The notes under the pieces were generated by a model, which did not search any database, was not told where the DNA came from, and worked only from the letters and a program-made list of their open reading frames with translations. The position numbers and the translations under genes were made by a program. Shown piece after piece: positions 39,876 to 50,696 of a stretch of DNA of 64,000 nt. Every line of letters starts with the position of its first letter. Position 1 is the stretch's first letter. The DNA comes from a virus (lineage: Duplodnaviria > Caudoviricetes): positions 8,472 to 72,471 of IMG/VR virus record IMGVR_UViG_3300026088_000015; one strand, written 5' to 3'.

Positions 39876-40723
39876 TATTTACTATAAGATCTAACTCGTG
39901 GTTTTATACCAACTTTCTTCAATAGGTTTCCTCCAAAATTAGAACTCCCTGGATTATCTGGATTGTTACCATATTGATCACCAAAATTACTTGTCCCTGT
40001 GCCCATATTTCCGCCAATAGAAGCGTTTGTGTCTTGGAGTTGCACCCCTTGAGCATCAGCCTGCATATTGCCTCTATATTGTCCATTTTGGCCATTTAAA
40101 GCTTTGCTATACAAGGAGGAAGTAAGTGCATCATTTGCCAGTTGTCCGGCACTCCCTAATGCACCCTCAAGATTTCTATTGGAAGCATCAGTAAGCGCCT
40201 GCTTTCTTAAGACTTGGGTTTGATATGGCTGATTTTTGTTATAATCGAACATATTAAGCTCTTCTCCTTGTTTCATGGCAAGAGCATTGTTTAAATTCTG
40301 TTCAGATTGAAGTCTGTAATCAGCACCTTGTCCAGCTAATTGATTTAAGCCTTCGCGTTGGTTCCTGTCTGCCGCAGTAAGACCCGCAATGGCTTCCGCA
40401 GAACTATTGCTAGTCTGTTGTGCTTTATTTGCGGTCTGGGCTGTCTGTTGACCTAACAAGTTTTCATAATATGCCTGATTAGGAAGACGTGTGGAGTTCG
40501 CCATAGTTCTAGCGCGATTCTCAAATTCTTGAGAAGCTGCCGTTCTATTTAAAGTAGGCCGCTGCGCATTGATACCATTAGCCAGCTTTTTTTGTTTAGC
40601 TGCCCTGATAGCTTGTATGATAGCGCTACCTGCCTGAACTCCAAGCCCAGCAAGTGCTAATGGAGGAAATGCCGCGCTTCCTGCGCCTGCTGCTGCTCCT
40701 AATGCGTTTCCTAAATTTGGCAT
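39875..40723 (-). CDS. Ejection/cargo protein with Gly/Ala-rich membrane-inserting N-terminus
   Basis: ALGAAAGAGSAAFPPLALAGLG N-terminus followed by Q/N/A coil. Confidence 0.65.
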   Translation of the reverse strand: MPNLGNALGAAAGAGSAAFPPLALAGLGVQAGSAIIQAIRAAKQKKLANGINAQRPTLNRTAASQEFENRARTMANSTRLPNQAYYENLLGQQTAQTANKAQQTSNSSAEAIAGLTAADRNQREGLNQLAGQGADYRLQSEQNLNNALAMKQGEELNMFDYNKNQPYQTQVLRKQALTDASNRNLEGALGSAGQLANDALTSSLYSKALNGQNGQYRGNMQADAQGVQLQDTNASIGGNMGTGTSNFGDQYGNNPDNPGSSNFGGNLLKKVGIKPRVRSYSK

Positions 40724-40750
40724 AACGTAAATCTATGAATTATTTTTGTA

Positions 40751-43700
40751 TTATTTATTGGTTCTCTGATTTATTTGACTATAAAGAGTAAGGAATCTTA
40801 GCCTGGATAACCCAGTAGAATTACTCTCTATTTTCATTCTCAGTACATTGGAAGTCATTAAAGGTCCATTATAATAAAGAGCCGCCCTTTGATCAGTTGC
40901 TCCATTATAATCCCCCAAGATATCTGCACAATACACGTTTTCAATAAGTTCTATATCATCATCTATTAAACGGGATATTTGACCATTTTGATTAGTTATT
41001 TCCGGGGCAGACCATTTAACATTGGATTCCTGCTCCATATTGTTGAAAATCTTCTGATCGTTCTGCTGTTCGTTGAAAACTACATTCATCGATGGCTTGT
41101 ACTGTGTTCCATAGAAGTTATTGTTCAGTACATTGCTATTATGCTTCCACAGTACCCCATCCTTAAAGGTGAACATGTCAGTATTTATATACGCATATCT
41201 TTCCGGAAGGAAGCTGTAGAAGCCATTATAGGTATCGCTCATGTAGTTATATCCTATGGTTTCATCTACGAAAGACAGCAATGAAAGTTTGAATGTAGGA
41301 TCTATGCCACCATGCACTAGCCCAGTATTCATGTATTGAGTTCCCTTGGCCAGGAAATAGGTTCTGGCCTTATTTTGGCTGATAGGGAACATTCCATTTG
41401 AATTATTATATCGAACATGAGCCCCTTTAAGATCACTGAACCAAAAGGCTTCACTACCATATTTGAATACGGACTCCGGATGAGTTGTGCCAAAATCGCC
41501 ATCTAATCTACGCGGATTATTCACATAGTTATCAGTCAATAACACTTGGGAATCTCCAGCGGCATTCTGGAAGGTGGACTGTTCTATATAACAAACACTC
41601 GGCTTTCTTTCGTTCACAAATACTATCAGGGTATCAAAGCCTATGAGTCTTCTGATGGCACCATAATCGTTAGGGACATCTAGGGAGTTTAACTCTTCAA
41701 ATGCACACAACCCATTGACCTTAGAATCCTCAATAAGTCTATTTGAATACCTGAACAAGGTCGTTCTTTTAAGTTGCTTATCGCCATTTATATTGACAAT
41801 ATTTGGCCTTCCGAGTGCCTTTTCCCAGAATCCAGCCCTTTTATTAGGATTAGGATTCATAGAATAGAAATCTACGAAATAATGATTCCCGGTATTATAA
41901 GAGAAGTTTGTTGCATATAATGGGACATGGTGCATAGTATGCACATCCCCCTGCCAAACAAAATGAGAGGGCTGATGAGTTTTACTACCATCTGAAGCAT
42001 ACACAAACTGATATGTTTTACCACATTCATAGTATATTACCGTCTGATCATTTTTTCTTGGAGTATATGTTTCGATAAATGTTCCTGGACCGATTGGAGT
42101 AGTTGTAGTGTACTCTGCGCGATATGGAATCACAAGATATCTTCCCAACTGAACACTTTTTATCTCTTGAGCAAGCACTCCAAGGTATGTTCCATCAGAT
42201 TTATAGTAAATATTTACCTGATCTCCTGTAGCAAACACATAGGGAGTATTATTAGATGGCTGAGTAGTGTTTTTTACTCCATTGAATATTGTAGTATTGT
42301 TATTCCAGTTATAAATGTCGAGCCAAATATCTATGGCATCCGACAAATTTGTTGGTAAATAATTCGTGATAGGGTTTCCATTGGAATCTAACCCTAAATA
42401 AAATATAGGGTTTCCAGATCCGTCATGACCTATAGGAACATCGCGCTGTTCATTAATAGATAAGAAATCACCACCACCGCTACAGTCGGTGGTAAGATTG
42501 TGCATTCTTTTTTCTACTACTCTGACCAATATAACCCCATCATCAGACTTGCCACCTTTTCTGATAGTCCCATAATATGGAGTATCTATATTATTTTCCT
42601 TAGCTGTATAAAATCTACTGGAAATACTATTTACTCCTAAATATAATTCACAAGTATTAACATCTCCATCTGTTGTTCCAATGATAGGATCAATGAAGAT
42701 AGGATTGCCATTCACATCATATCCGGAAACATAATTCACATCATTGGTTACTCCCTGAATAAATGCCGATACTGTCTGGTTTTCAGAAACAACTATCTCA
42801 TAGGCTTGTGCCCATGCAGGAGGATCGGTAGTAATTCCAAACGATACAGCCCATTGTTTATATCCTTTCTCTATAACCCCTCCAGTAATTATCTCCCCAG
42901 CATTCCAGAATTCAGGAGGAACGTTTATAGCAAGTTCAGAAAGAGTGTAAACACTACTCTTTCTTCCAGCAGAATCTATATAAACGATTCCTATAGAGTA
43001 TTGACTGTTATTTTTAAAAGACAAGAAGTTTGCTCTTGTTATTCTTCCATCTAAAGTATTAAGAGGAATATTGAAGAAAGATTGAGTTACCGCATTAACA
43101 CCAAATGGAACCTGATCATAACCCTCAGTACAGTTGGCAAGATCTATTCTATTCTTAGCAAATGTGAGTGCTTCGGCAAGTAGTGGAACTGAGTCAAATG
43201 GAATATCCGTATCAGCTTCATCTATTACTGGATAGCTTTGGTCATTTTTAAATAATATATCGGCAAGATAATTAGTGGACGTATAATCAGCGAAGTTTAT
43301 TCTCTTGATTAATTTAAACGGGCTATTCCCTTCTGAAGAATCAGGAGTATTAGCCCTGAATGCTACGTCAATATATTTTATAAATCTCTTATAAATATCT
43401 ACCTGTGATGGATCAGCTAAATAAGTATTAGGATTAAAGCCAATTGTCGGCAAAGGAAATGATAATCTTACTGTATCAAATGTTTTTGTCTGCTTATATG
43501 AACAAGAAATAAACGGAGACACTGCTGCCCACCTAGAGTTCTGGTTGTCATGGTAAACATATCTATATGTAAATTGACCATTTACATTTTTAAGATTATT
43601 GATATCTGAAGAGGGGTTAGAATCGAATACTTCTCTTATGATAAGAGGGTAAATAGGAGGCCTTTTAATTAGTTCAAATGCTGATAGATACTCATTAGTA

Positions 43701-44203
43701 TTTAACCCATTAAAATCAGTATTGATGTTTATTTGTCGCGGCCCATTGTTATCTACCCAGAATAATAAACCAGAACCATTGTTATTAACAAGCTCTACTC
43801 CATTAATAAGATAATCTATCTTGAAATTAAGCCCATCAGTCATTCCTAGTAATATTTGATCACCAGGAGAAAATGGAGTAGTTTGCACGATAGTTCTTAT
43901 CGTAACGCCATCATAGATGTAGATACCATTATAATGGTTGCTATTAAAGTTGAACCAGATGATTCTATTGTTCAGCTCATCGGAAAATGCTCCCAATGTT
44001 TTATTCGTACCTGATGGAAGCGTGAAAGAATTTGCATCAAATATATTGGTATTACCTTTAATAGATTCTACCACTCCATCACTTCCTGAAGTTACTGTAT
44101 TGACAATAATATTCAGTGCAGAACGGTAATCGCCCTGTTCAAAAAATTCATCTGCATCATCGAAGTTGCAACGCCTGAAATATCTCTTGTCAATTACCTG
44201 CAT
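40751..44203 (-). CDS. Tail muzzle/stabilisation protein (P22 gp10/crAss muzzle-like)
   Basis: 1150 aa, D.D..F..GDYRSALNI N-terminus, beta-propeller-like composition, FGTTHPESV. Confidence 0.75.
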   Translation of the reverse strand: MQVIDKRYFRRCNFDDADEFFEQGDYRSALNIIVNTVTSGSDGVVESIKGNTNIFDANSFTLPSGTNKTLGAFSDELNNRIIWFNFNSNHYNGIYIYDGVTIRTIVQTTPFSPGDQILLGMTDGLNFKIDYLINGVELVNNNGSGLLFWVDNNGPRQININTDFNGLNTNEYLSAFELIKRPPIYPLIIREVFDSNPSSDINNLKNVNGQFTYRYVYHDNQNSRWAAVSPFISCSYKQTKTFDTVRLSFPLPTIGFNPNTYLADPSQVDIYKRFIKYIDVAFRANTPDSSEGNSPFKLIKRINFADYTSTNYLADILFKNDQSYPVIDEADTDIPFDSVPLLAEALTFAKNRIDLANCTEGYDQVPFGVNAVTQSFFNIPLNTLDGRITRANFLSFKNNSQYSIGIVYIDSAGRKSSVYTLSELAINVPPEFWNAGEIITGGVIEKGYKQWAVSFGITTDPPAWAQAYEIVVSENQTVSAFIQGVTNDVNYVSGYDVNGNPIFIDPIIGTTDGDVNTCELYLGVNSISSRFYTAKENNIDTPYYGTIRKGGKSDDGVILVRVVEKRMHNLTTDCSGGGDFLSINEQRDVPIGHDGSGNPIFYLGLDSNGNPITNYLPTNLSDAIDIWLDIYNWNNNTTIFNGVKNTTQPSNNTPYVFATGDQVNIYYKSDGTYLGVLAQEIKSVQLGRYLVIPYRAEYTTTTPIGPGTFIETYTPRKNDQTVIYYECGKTYQFVYASDGSKTHQPSHFVWQGDVHTMHHVPLYATNFSYNTGNHYFVDFYSMNPNPNKRAGFWEKALGRPNIVNINGDKQLKRTTLFRYSNRLIEDSKVNGLCAFEELNSLDVPNDYGAIRRLIGFDTLIVFVNERKPSVCYIEQSTFQNAAGDSQVLLTDNYVNNPRRLDGDFGTTHPESVFKYGSEAFWFSDLKGAHVRYNNSNGMFPISQNKARTYFLAKGTQYMNTGLVHGGIDPTFKLSLLSFVDETIGYNYMSDTYNGFYSFLPERYAYINTDMFTFKDGVLWKHNSNVLNNNFYGTQYKPSMNVVFNEQQNDQKIFNNMEQESNVKWSAPEITNQNGQISRLIDDDIELIENVYCADILGDYNGATDQRAALYYNGPLMTSNVLRMKIESNSTGLSRLRFLTLYSQINQRTNK

Positions 44204-45007
44204 TTAGTTCTTAGGAGTCTGCATGACACCACTTCTGAATATTTGAATAATCTTGTCCCATGTAAGATCACTTGTTCTTCTGTAAGCTAATCTCTCCTGG
44301 TTCCTGTACTGATCCTCTGCTCTTTGCTTTTCACCGAGTCCTCTATTAGGGTCGTTTTCACAATCTCTCCAAAGGATATAATATTTTATCGCACGTTCAA
44401 TAACTTCGTCTACTAGGCTTCCTCCGGAAGGATTAATTCCATTGGTTACATACTCAATATAAATAAGCTTGTTTGCGTATCTGGAGTCAAATACAAACCT
44501 TCTATTGGCGCTATCAATCCTGAACTGACCATCGCCCTGTACACCTGCACCAAAGCCATAAATGGCTCCGGAAGTATCTGCATAGGTTCCCCAGTTATTT
44601 AGCCAGAAACCATTGCTGTCTGCTTCATCTATTCCTGAGTTTTGATCGAATCCAAGTATGGAATAATTTGGCACGTACTTGGCATTCTTTACTGGAAGCC
44701 CACAATCATCAGTATCATTAGTAAGAATCAAACGATTATTTACCGTAAATACTTTAATTCTATCTCCTTCCTTATGTCCAATTTTTGTCCACTTGGCCAT
44801 GTCTTTAGGGAAAGGAACCGAAAGGGTGTATTGATCTATCGTATAAGAAGTAGTTTTTATCTCCTGGGCAACGTCAATTCTCATCTCTTGAAGTGACTCA
44901 AGAGCCCACATCTCATACTTTCTGTACTTTTTAAGGCTAAGGTCATCCCTCTCCTCGCAAGCAGAACGTATAATTGAATCCAGTGTTACATACCCCTGAG
45001 TACTCAT
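44204..45007 (-). CDS. Tail ring protein
   Basis: Third of three ~220-270 aa genes before the muzzle. Confidence 0.6.
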   Translation of the reverse strand: MSTQGYVTLDSIIRSACEERDDLSLKKYRKYEMWALESLQEMRIDVAQEIKTTSYTIDQYTLSVPFPKDMAKWTKIGHKEGDRIKVFTVNNRLILTNDTDDCGLPVKNAKYVPNYSILGFDQNSGIDEADSNGFWLNNWGTYADTSGAIYGFGAGVQGDGQFRIDSANRRFVFDSRYANKLIYIEYVTNGINPSGGSLVDEVIERAIKYYILWRDCENDPNRGLGEKQRAEDQYRNQERLAYRRTSDLTWDKIIQIFRSGVMQTPKN

Positions 45008-45663
45008 AACTGACGTTTAACCGGGTTGGTATTAGAAAGATCATCCTGTGGAATCTGTGGAGACATCAATTTATAAACATAGTCTATAATTTGTTGCTCC
45101 AGGTCCATGGAAATATTTATGGCTTCCGAAGAAGTTGTTATTAATTGCAATATAACTTTTTTTATGCCAAGCTTATCAAGATTCTGATCAAAATAAGCCC
45201 TGTTCCCTTCTCCCCAGAACCCTACATTACCTTGTAGAAACGCCCCTTTATGAGAATTTACAAAATTCAATCCTCCATTTCCAATAGGAATAAAGGAATT
45301 GAGCTGAGCTACCGTAGGAGTCATTGACGATGGGAAACTTGCCGGATTAGGGCGTATGCTTTTAAGTCCTCCATTCTTAGGAAGACTTAAGTACTGAGCA
45401 GGAATATCTACATAGTTCAGAAGAAGTTCTTCATCTTTCTGTACAGTCACACTTGGAAATGTAACGGTATAAGGCTCCGGAATATCAGTATCGCCAGATC
45501 TTATTCCTTCCAGGATAGAAATTTTTACGAAATAGGCCAGCGCCTGATCTACGTAAAGTTGTATCTCTCGATTATCATATACCGAATCCGCGGATGGTGC
45601 ACCACCATCTAAAAGACGGTGTATCTGTTCTGCTATCTGTTGTTTTTTAGTAAATGGGATCAT
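45004..45663 (-). CDS. Tail ring protein (start corrected to MIPFTKK)
   Basis: ATG at 45663 overlaps the previous stop; DNREIQLYVDQA. Confidence 0.6.
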   Translation of the reverse strand: MIPFTKKQQIAEQIHRLLDGGAPSADSVYDNREIQLYVDQALAYFVKISILEGIRSGDTDIPEPYTVTFPSVTVQKDEELLLNYVDIPAQYLSLPKNGGLKSIRPNPASFPSSMTPTVAQLNSFIPIGNGGLNFVNSHKGAFLQGNVGFWGEGNRAYFDQNLDKLGIKKVILQLITTSSEAINISMDLEQQIIDYVYKLMSPQIPQDDLSNTNPVKRQL

Positions 45664-46331
45664 GCCATACCTCCTTTTTCGCGTTCGGCAGTAGCGCCCT
45701 GATACAATTCGCCATCTCTGGTAGAAAGACCAATATAGGTAAGAATAGTAGCACAAAGCTCATTGTGTGTAATTTCAGGGAGCGTCCAGTTTACGCTTGT
45801 GTTCGGATCATATATCGGAGGTGTTCCAATACCTGACCAGCGCGGAGCGACAGGATTTGAGATATAGGTGAGCCGATATTTCATTCCACCTTTCTTTGGA
45901 TACACATCGAAGTACGTCCCGAAGTCAACGGCGATAGGATAGAAGTTATCGGGTTGAACGATGCCACTATTGAGATAATAATTTTTTCTGTCCTGAGTTA
46001 CACTTTTTACTTCCGTCCAGGTATTGTATCCATCATTGGCTATGCAATCTGTTGCATTCTTAAAGATGAAAGACTCCAGGTTTACCTGATAAATAAAATC
46101 ATCGGGCTTTGTAAATCTTCCATTTGAATCCAGTGCATGCTCAACAGTTTTAATGACAGGAGATAATTCATCAGACACAATGGAGGTAAGTTCATACTGA
46201 AGTCTAAGTTTCTCGATCTTGTCAAGCTGTGCTTGACGGGCATACAGATTGAAGCCATCTATATTTAGATAGCCAATCTGGTTCTTACGAGCCAACGCGA
46301 AGATGTAATCTTTTGCTTGTCCTATATTCAT
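45660..46331 (-). CDS. Tail ring/adaptor protein
   Basis: GYLNIDGFNLYARQAQLD...YISNPVAP.W...LPEITHNEL. Confidence 0.65.
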   Translation of the reverse strand: MNIGQAKDYIFALARKNQIGYLNIDGFNLYARQAQLDKIEKLRLQYELTSIVSDELSPVIKTVEHALDSNGRFTKPDDFIYQVNLESFIFKNATDCIANDGYNTWTEVKSVTQDRKNYYLNSGIVQPDNFYPIAVDFGTYFDVYPKKGGMKYRLTYISNPVAPRWSGIGTPPIYDPNTSVNWTLPEITHNELCATILTYIGLSTRDGELYQGATAEREKGGMA

Positions 46332-49300
46332 TATATCGTTACCTCAAAGAGTTCAATGTGGGCGAACCAGTTAATAGTCTTACTAGCTACGCCTGTTACT
46401 TGTACTTTTAATGACTTGTTTACATTGTCAGCAGTAACTGTTACTATTGTAGCAGAAAGTCCCGCATCAGTATCTCCTTGAGATGGCGTTATGGCAGCCA
46501 CTAAAGATACTGTTCCAGAAACATTTTTGAGCACTCCGGCAAATGTTTCTATGGTAGAATCACCAGGAGTGCCTGCTGCACCTCCGGTTTGTCTGCCTAC
46601 AACAGTTCCTCTTAATCCCCATGTTTTTCCTGTTGGAATAATTGCTCTTACTGAAGAGCCATCAATAAACATCTCTGTTATTGTGGCATTTGTAGTAGAA
46701 ACGATAAGATAAATATCCGACTTTTGAGCAGATCCAGCAGTATTAAATCCACTAGAAGCTCTTGCCATCTGACTATTTAAATATGCTACTGCATTATTTC
46801 CTCCAGCATGAGAAAAATCACCAGAAGCTACTGTAGTACTTCCTTCTGAGTGGGCTCCTTGGCCACTAGCCTGTGTTACTGAACCTTCTGCATGAGAAGT
46901 TGAGCCACTGGAAGTATTTCCACTTCCTTCAACAAAAGAAGCGAATCCACTGGAAGTATTATTAAATCCTAATGCTTGTGCTCTATTGCCACTAACAATA
47001 AGATTTACTCCTAACGCTTGTGCATTATCAGAACTAACAGTATTGCTAGATCCAGAAGCAAAAGAATTTTCTCCTGTTACTACATTGCCAGCACCTTGAG
47101 ATAAGGATTGATTTCCACTAGCTTCATTTGATATACCTATTACTTCAGAATTTGTTCCTGCTGCATTGGATCTTGATCCAACATTAAACGCATTAGCAAC
47201 TGAAATATCGGTACCATCGTTAGTTAAAGCTGAACTAGCTACAGGAGTGCCAGTAGAATCATATCGTATAGTTTGAGTATCCGTCCCAATAGGCAATGAA
47301 CCATAGGCAACCTTATATGCCTTCCATGCTCCAGCACTTAGATCGTAATAAGTATAAACCATTACATTTCCACTAAATGCTTCTGCATCAGTAAGAGCTA
47401 TTCCTGCGATTGTTACCGTATTGGATGCTGTCGTGCAAATAGACTTCCATACAATTACAAAATGATCTCCATCTACTATTCCAGCAGGGGTACTCATTGT
47501 GATAGTATAAGAAGCGGCCAATGTTACTGTACCATTGAATACTTGATGTTCCTTACTAGTTCCAGGAACAAGAGTAATAGTCGCGCCTCCAGATGCTACG
47601 TTTGTATCTGTAGTTCCTGAAATTGGAACAGAAATACTTGCAGCACGAGAGAAATCCTCATTAAAAGTTATTGGCGTTGCTACGCTGCCTACACCCTTCC
47701 AAACAGATCCAGTAGTAAGTGCAGTTGTTTGAATATCAGATCTTGATCTTACTTCACCAGAAGTTTCTCTAGTAAGCACTGCTACATTTGTAGATGTAGC
47801 TGGAGTTGGAATTATTTTAACTGTTCCATTAGTTGTATCTACAATTACATTATCCGACCCATCGTAAAGAGCAGACTTATTTCCCACATAGGCCCACCAT
47901 GTGTTATTTATAGCAGTAGTAGCTGGAGGATTAGACCCAGATCCCGCTGCCTGAATACAAACATAAGTATAGGTTGGGCTAGTATTTCTAAGCACTGGTT
48001 TACCAAGTGAATAATCAGGGCCATTCACCCAAAACTCTAATCCTTCCTGTCCTGCGGAAGCTACTGTTCTTCCAGTGATACTCACATACCATGTAGAAGT
48101 GCCAGTATCATAAACTGCATACACTGTAGAGTTTCCACTGGCTGCTTCCTGGTCAGTTAAGGCAATACCAAAAATGGTAATGTTATTTCCATCTAGTACT
48201 TTTGTTCCACTATATATAACAGTAAAACTATCCCCATCTACAAATGACCCAGTAGGAAGTGCCACAGTATAACTGGAAGTCATTGTTCCACTACCAAGTA
48301 ATACCTGAACCTTATCAGATACTCCAACAGTAAGATTTAATGTACCTCCTCCATTAGGAACAGATACTGTTGTAACTCCTCTGCCTTCTTCAGGTATACC
48401 AGCAGCCCTAAAGGCTGTAACCGATAGATCCTGAGATTGAAGAGCATTAAGTATTAAGTTTTTATAAGTATTGGTAAGTCGTACAGTATAGGTCGTTGTT
48501 GATCCAACTGTTGCTGCTGTTACATCGGTTCCAAAACTTCCATCTCCAGCAACTACTACTGTGTTTCCACCTCCCGATCCCCCACAGAATGGGATAACCT
48601 GAATAGGTGCGGATGTATTATCATTGCAACCACAATTTTCATCGAAGTTGCCTACTTCCATTATCTTAGCAATCCATACTGCAGCATCAGCAGGCTTGCC
48701 ACATTCTCGCGCATTAATCCAGTTTGCCATCAAAATATTGATCTGCATCAACTGGTAGAATACTACTTTTGCCTGACCAAAATTACCTACTGATTCATAT
48801 TGATAAAATAGATTAGTAAGGCTCTTCATCCCACAATAGATCGTACACTGAGATAGCGTACAATCATTATGAATCTCATCTGATCCTGTAATGATCCACT
48901 GAACCATTAAATCATCTGAGAAAGTATACCTGATAGTAGAAGTTACTTTCCCAGTATAAGTTCCAGTATATACATTTGGATAAGTAGCCTGAAGAATAAC
49001 ACCACTTCCAGTAAGATTCGTAAGTTCAAGATTTGCAGGATAGAATAATTTATGAACCCTTGTGATCGTAGGAGTTACTCCCTTAATCGCATAGCTAGTT
49101 ACATCAGTACTTGTTACGGTGGCACAGTCACAGTCTGCTTCCAACGTAAGTGCTACCGTAGGTTTCACATAATCAGAACAGAAATTATACTCTATTGGAT
49201 CAGTAGAGTATTCTCCTGGCTGAGTGCCACCTGTAATTTGAACTTGATAAGTAATGGTATAAATTCCTATGACAGGGTTCCCATCCACATCATTTGGAAT

Positions 49301-49528
49301 AACTACCGTATCAAAAACAAGGCTAACATTTCCTACAATATCCGGATCACCAAAGTCTGTATTCTCATAAATAAGACCTGCTGGCCCTTCTATCTTAAAG
49401 ATACCAGCTACATCAGACAATGCTATCCCTTCATCAGAATAAGGAGTAGTATCAGTAAGTGTAAAGAACTGATCAGTGGAGTTCTGAAAGTCGAATAAGG
49501 TGGTGAATGTTAGTGTATTTGGTAGCAT
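46331..49528 (-). CDS. Multi-domain tail fibre/hub protein with YadA-head-like repeats
   Basis: Cys-rich N-terminus, duplicated ~90-aa domain, 14-aa S..EG..T.ASG repeats near the C-terminus. Confidence 0.7.
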   Translation of the reverse strand: MLPNTLTFTTLFDFQNSTDQFFTLTDTTPYSDEGIALSDVAGIFKIEGPAGLIYENTDFGDPDIVGNVSLVFDTVVIPNDVDGNPVIGIYTITYQVQITGGTQPGEYSTDPIEYNFCSDYVKPTVALTLEADCDCATVTSTDVTSYAIKGVTPTITRVHKLFYPANLELTNLTGSGVILQATYPNVYTGTYTGKVTSTIRYTFSDDLMVQWIITGSDEIHNDCTLSQCTIYCGMKSLTNLFYQYESVGNFGQAKVVFYQLMQINILMANWINARECGKPADAAVWIAKIMEVGNFDENCGCNDNTSAPIQVIPFCGGSGGGNTVVVAGDGSFGTDVTAATVGSTTTYTVRLTNTYKNLILNALQSQDLSVTAFRAAGIPEEGRGVTTVSVPNGGGTLNLTVGVSDKVQVLLGSGTMTSSYTVALPTGSFVDGDSFTVIYSGTKVLDGNNITIFGIALTDQEAASGNSTVYAVYDTGTSTWYVSITGRTVASAGQEGLEFWVNGPDYSLGKPVLRNTSPTYTYVCIQAAGSGSNPPATTAINNTWWAYVGNKSALYDGSDNVIVDTTNGTVKIIPTPATSTNVAVLTRETSGEVRSRSDIQTTALTTGSVWKGVGSVATPITFNEDFSRAASISVPISGTTDTNVASGGATITLVPGTSKEHQVFNGTVTLAASYTITMSTPAGIVDGDHFVIVWKSICTTASNTVTIAGIALTDAEAFSGNVMVYTYYDLSAGAWKAYKVAYGSLPIGTDTQTIRYDSTGTPVASSALTNDGTDISVANAFNVGSRSNAAGTNSEVIGISNEASGNQSLSQGAGNVVTGENSFASGSSNTVSSDNAQALGVNLIVSGNRAQALGFNNTSSGFASFVEGSGNTSSGSTSHAEGSVTQASGQGAHSEGSTTVASGDFSHAGGNNAVAYLNSQMARASSGFNTAGSAQKSDIYLIVSTTNATITEMFIDGSSVRAIIPTGKTWGLRGTVVGRQTGGAAGTPGDSTIETFAGVLKNVSGTVSLVAAITPSQGDTDAGLSATIVTVTADNVNKSLKVQVTGVASKTINWFAHIELFEVTI

Positions 49529-49544
49529 GTCTTTTATTTAATAA

Positions 49545-49575
49545 ACATGCCCATAGCGCTATGCTACAGGCATGT
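49545..49575. terminator. Hairpin between head and tail genes
   Basis: ACATGCC-CATAGCGCTATG-ctaca-GGCATGT. Confidence 0.45.
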
Positions 49576-49600
49576 GGTTTAATGTGTATGTAAACTTGAG

Positions 49601-50623
49601 TTACTCTTCTTTGCTATCATTGGCAACTTCCTCTAATTTTGTAGCAGCCTTTCCTTTAGTTGTCTGCTTGCTACCTATGATTTTCTTAGTTTCAGCAGGG
49701 GTCAAGTATTGCTCAATTCCATGCTTTTCTATCATATTATCAACATAAGCAAGCTGTCCTCTTCCTATTGTGCTTTCGAAGAAATACTTCATCAAGTCAT
49801 CATAAGGATCAGCACCTGGAGGAACTTGTTTGATTATTTTTCTTGTGAGAGGAAAATTCCAAACATGGGAATTCTCTTCATAAGCAATAATTTCAAGTTC
49901 AACGGCCTTATTAATTGAGTGGATGATAGGTGTTCTTGTATCCACTGCGCCACCTAAGAATTTCTTAAGATTAGCGTAATTGTTTTTATTGTCAGTGATA
50001 AAGTCAATAAGCTGAATTTCATTCTCCTGCTTGGTAGCTTTCACTGGCTTCTTCAAGACACTTAATTGAGTGGCGAGCTCAGGTGCACTCATACCAAATA
50101 TGATACCTTTCGCATTATGAAGCTCCTTCTCAATATTAACTCTCTTAGATGCTATCTCCTGATCTTTAACTTCTTCAAAGATATGACCAGATCCTCCTGG
50201 TGGCGTTGAATGAGGGTTTGTCCTGTTGTAATTACAAGCTCTCAAGTAGTCAATTATATATTTCTTATGGGGCTCCCTACCAGAAAATGTAAGTTTGTTG
50301 TCCCCAATTTTAGTGAATTCAATTTGTTCGAAAGTCCACTGGTTGTTTTTACTATCCCAGCTTTTCGGTACGCCTATCTCAACATTTCCTCCCGGTTCCA
50401 TTCCTGGCCCATTATCTTTATATGGGTCATAGATAATATCCGTAGGAGGGATATTGACACTGGCTCTAAATATTTCAACTTTATTTCCCTGTGTATCTCT
50501 AGTATGCTTGGGATTACCAAGATTTCTAAAGGTTACAGATTCATTTGGCTTGAGGGTTTTATCCCATCCAAGTTCTTTTTTTAGCTCATCGCTTATTTTA
50601 TTATACTCTGGTCTTTGTGTCAT
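49601..50623 (-). CDS. Conserved protein downstream of MCP (structural or assembly)
   Basis: Position; 340 aa. Confidence 0.55.
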   Translation of the reverse strand: MTQRPEYNKISDELKKELGWDKTLKPNESVTFRNLGNPKHTRDTQGNKVEIFRASVNIPPTDIIYDPYKDNGPGMEPGGNVEIGVPKSWDSKNNQWTFEQIEFTKIGDNKLTFSGREPHKKYIIDYLRACNYNRTNPHSTPPGGSGHIFEEVKDQEIASKRVNIEKELHNAKGIIFGMSAPELATQLSVLKKPVKATKQENEIQLIDFITDNKNNYANLKKFLGGAVDTRTPIIHSINKAVELEIIAYEENSHVWNFPLTRKIIKQVPPGADPYDDLMKYFFESTIGRGQLAYVDNMIEKHGIEQYLTPAETKKIIGSKQTTKGKAATKLEEVANDSKEE

Positions 50624-50649
50624 GATTTCTTTACAGTTCTAGTCTGTTA

Positions 50650-50676
50650 AAAAGCGGGGGAAATTTCCCCCGCCCA
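50650..50676 (-). terminator. Intrinsic terminator after MCP
   Basis: Minus strand GCGGGGG-aaattt-CCCCCGC then TTTTT. Confidence 0.8.
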
Positions 50677-50696
50677 TTGTTTGATTTATCTCTTTC

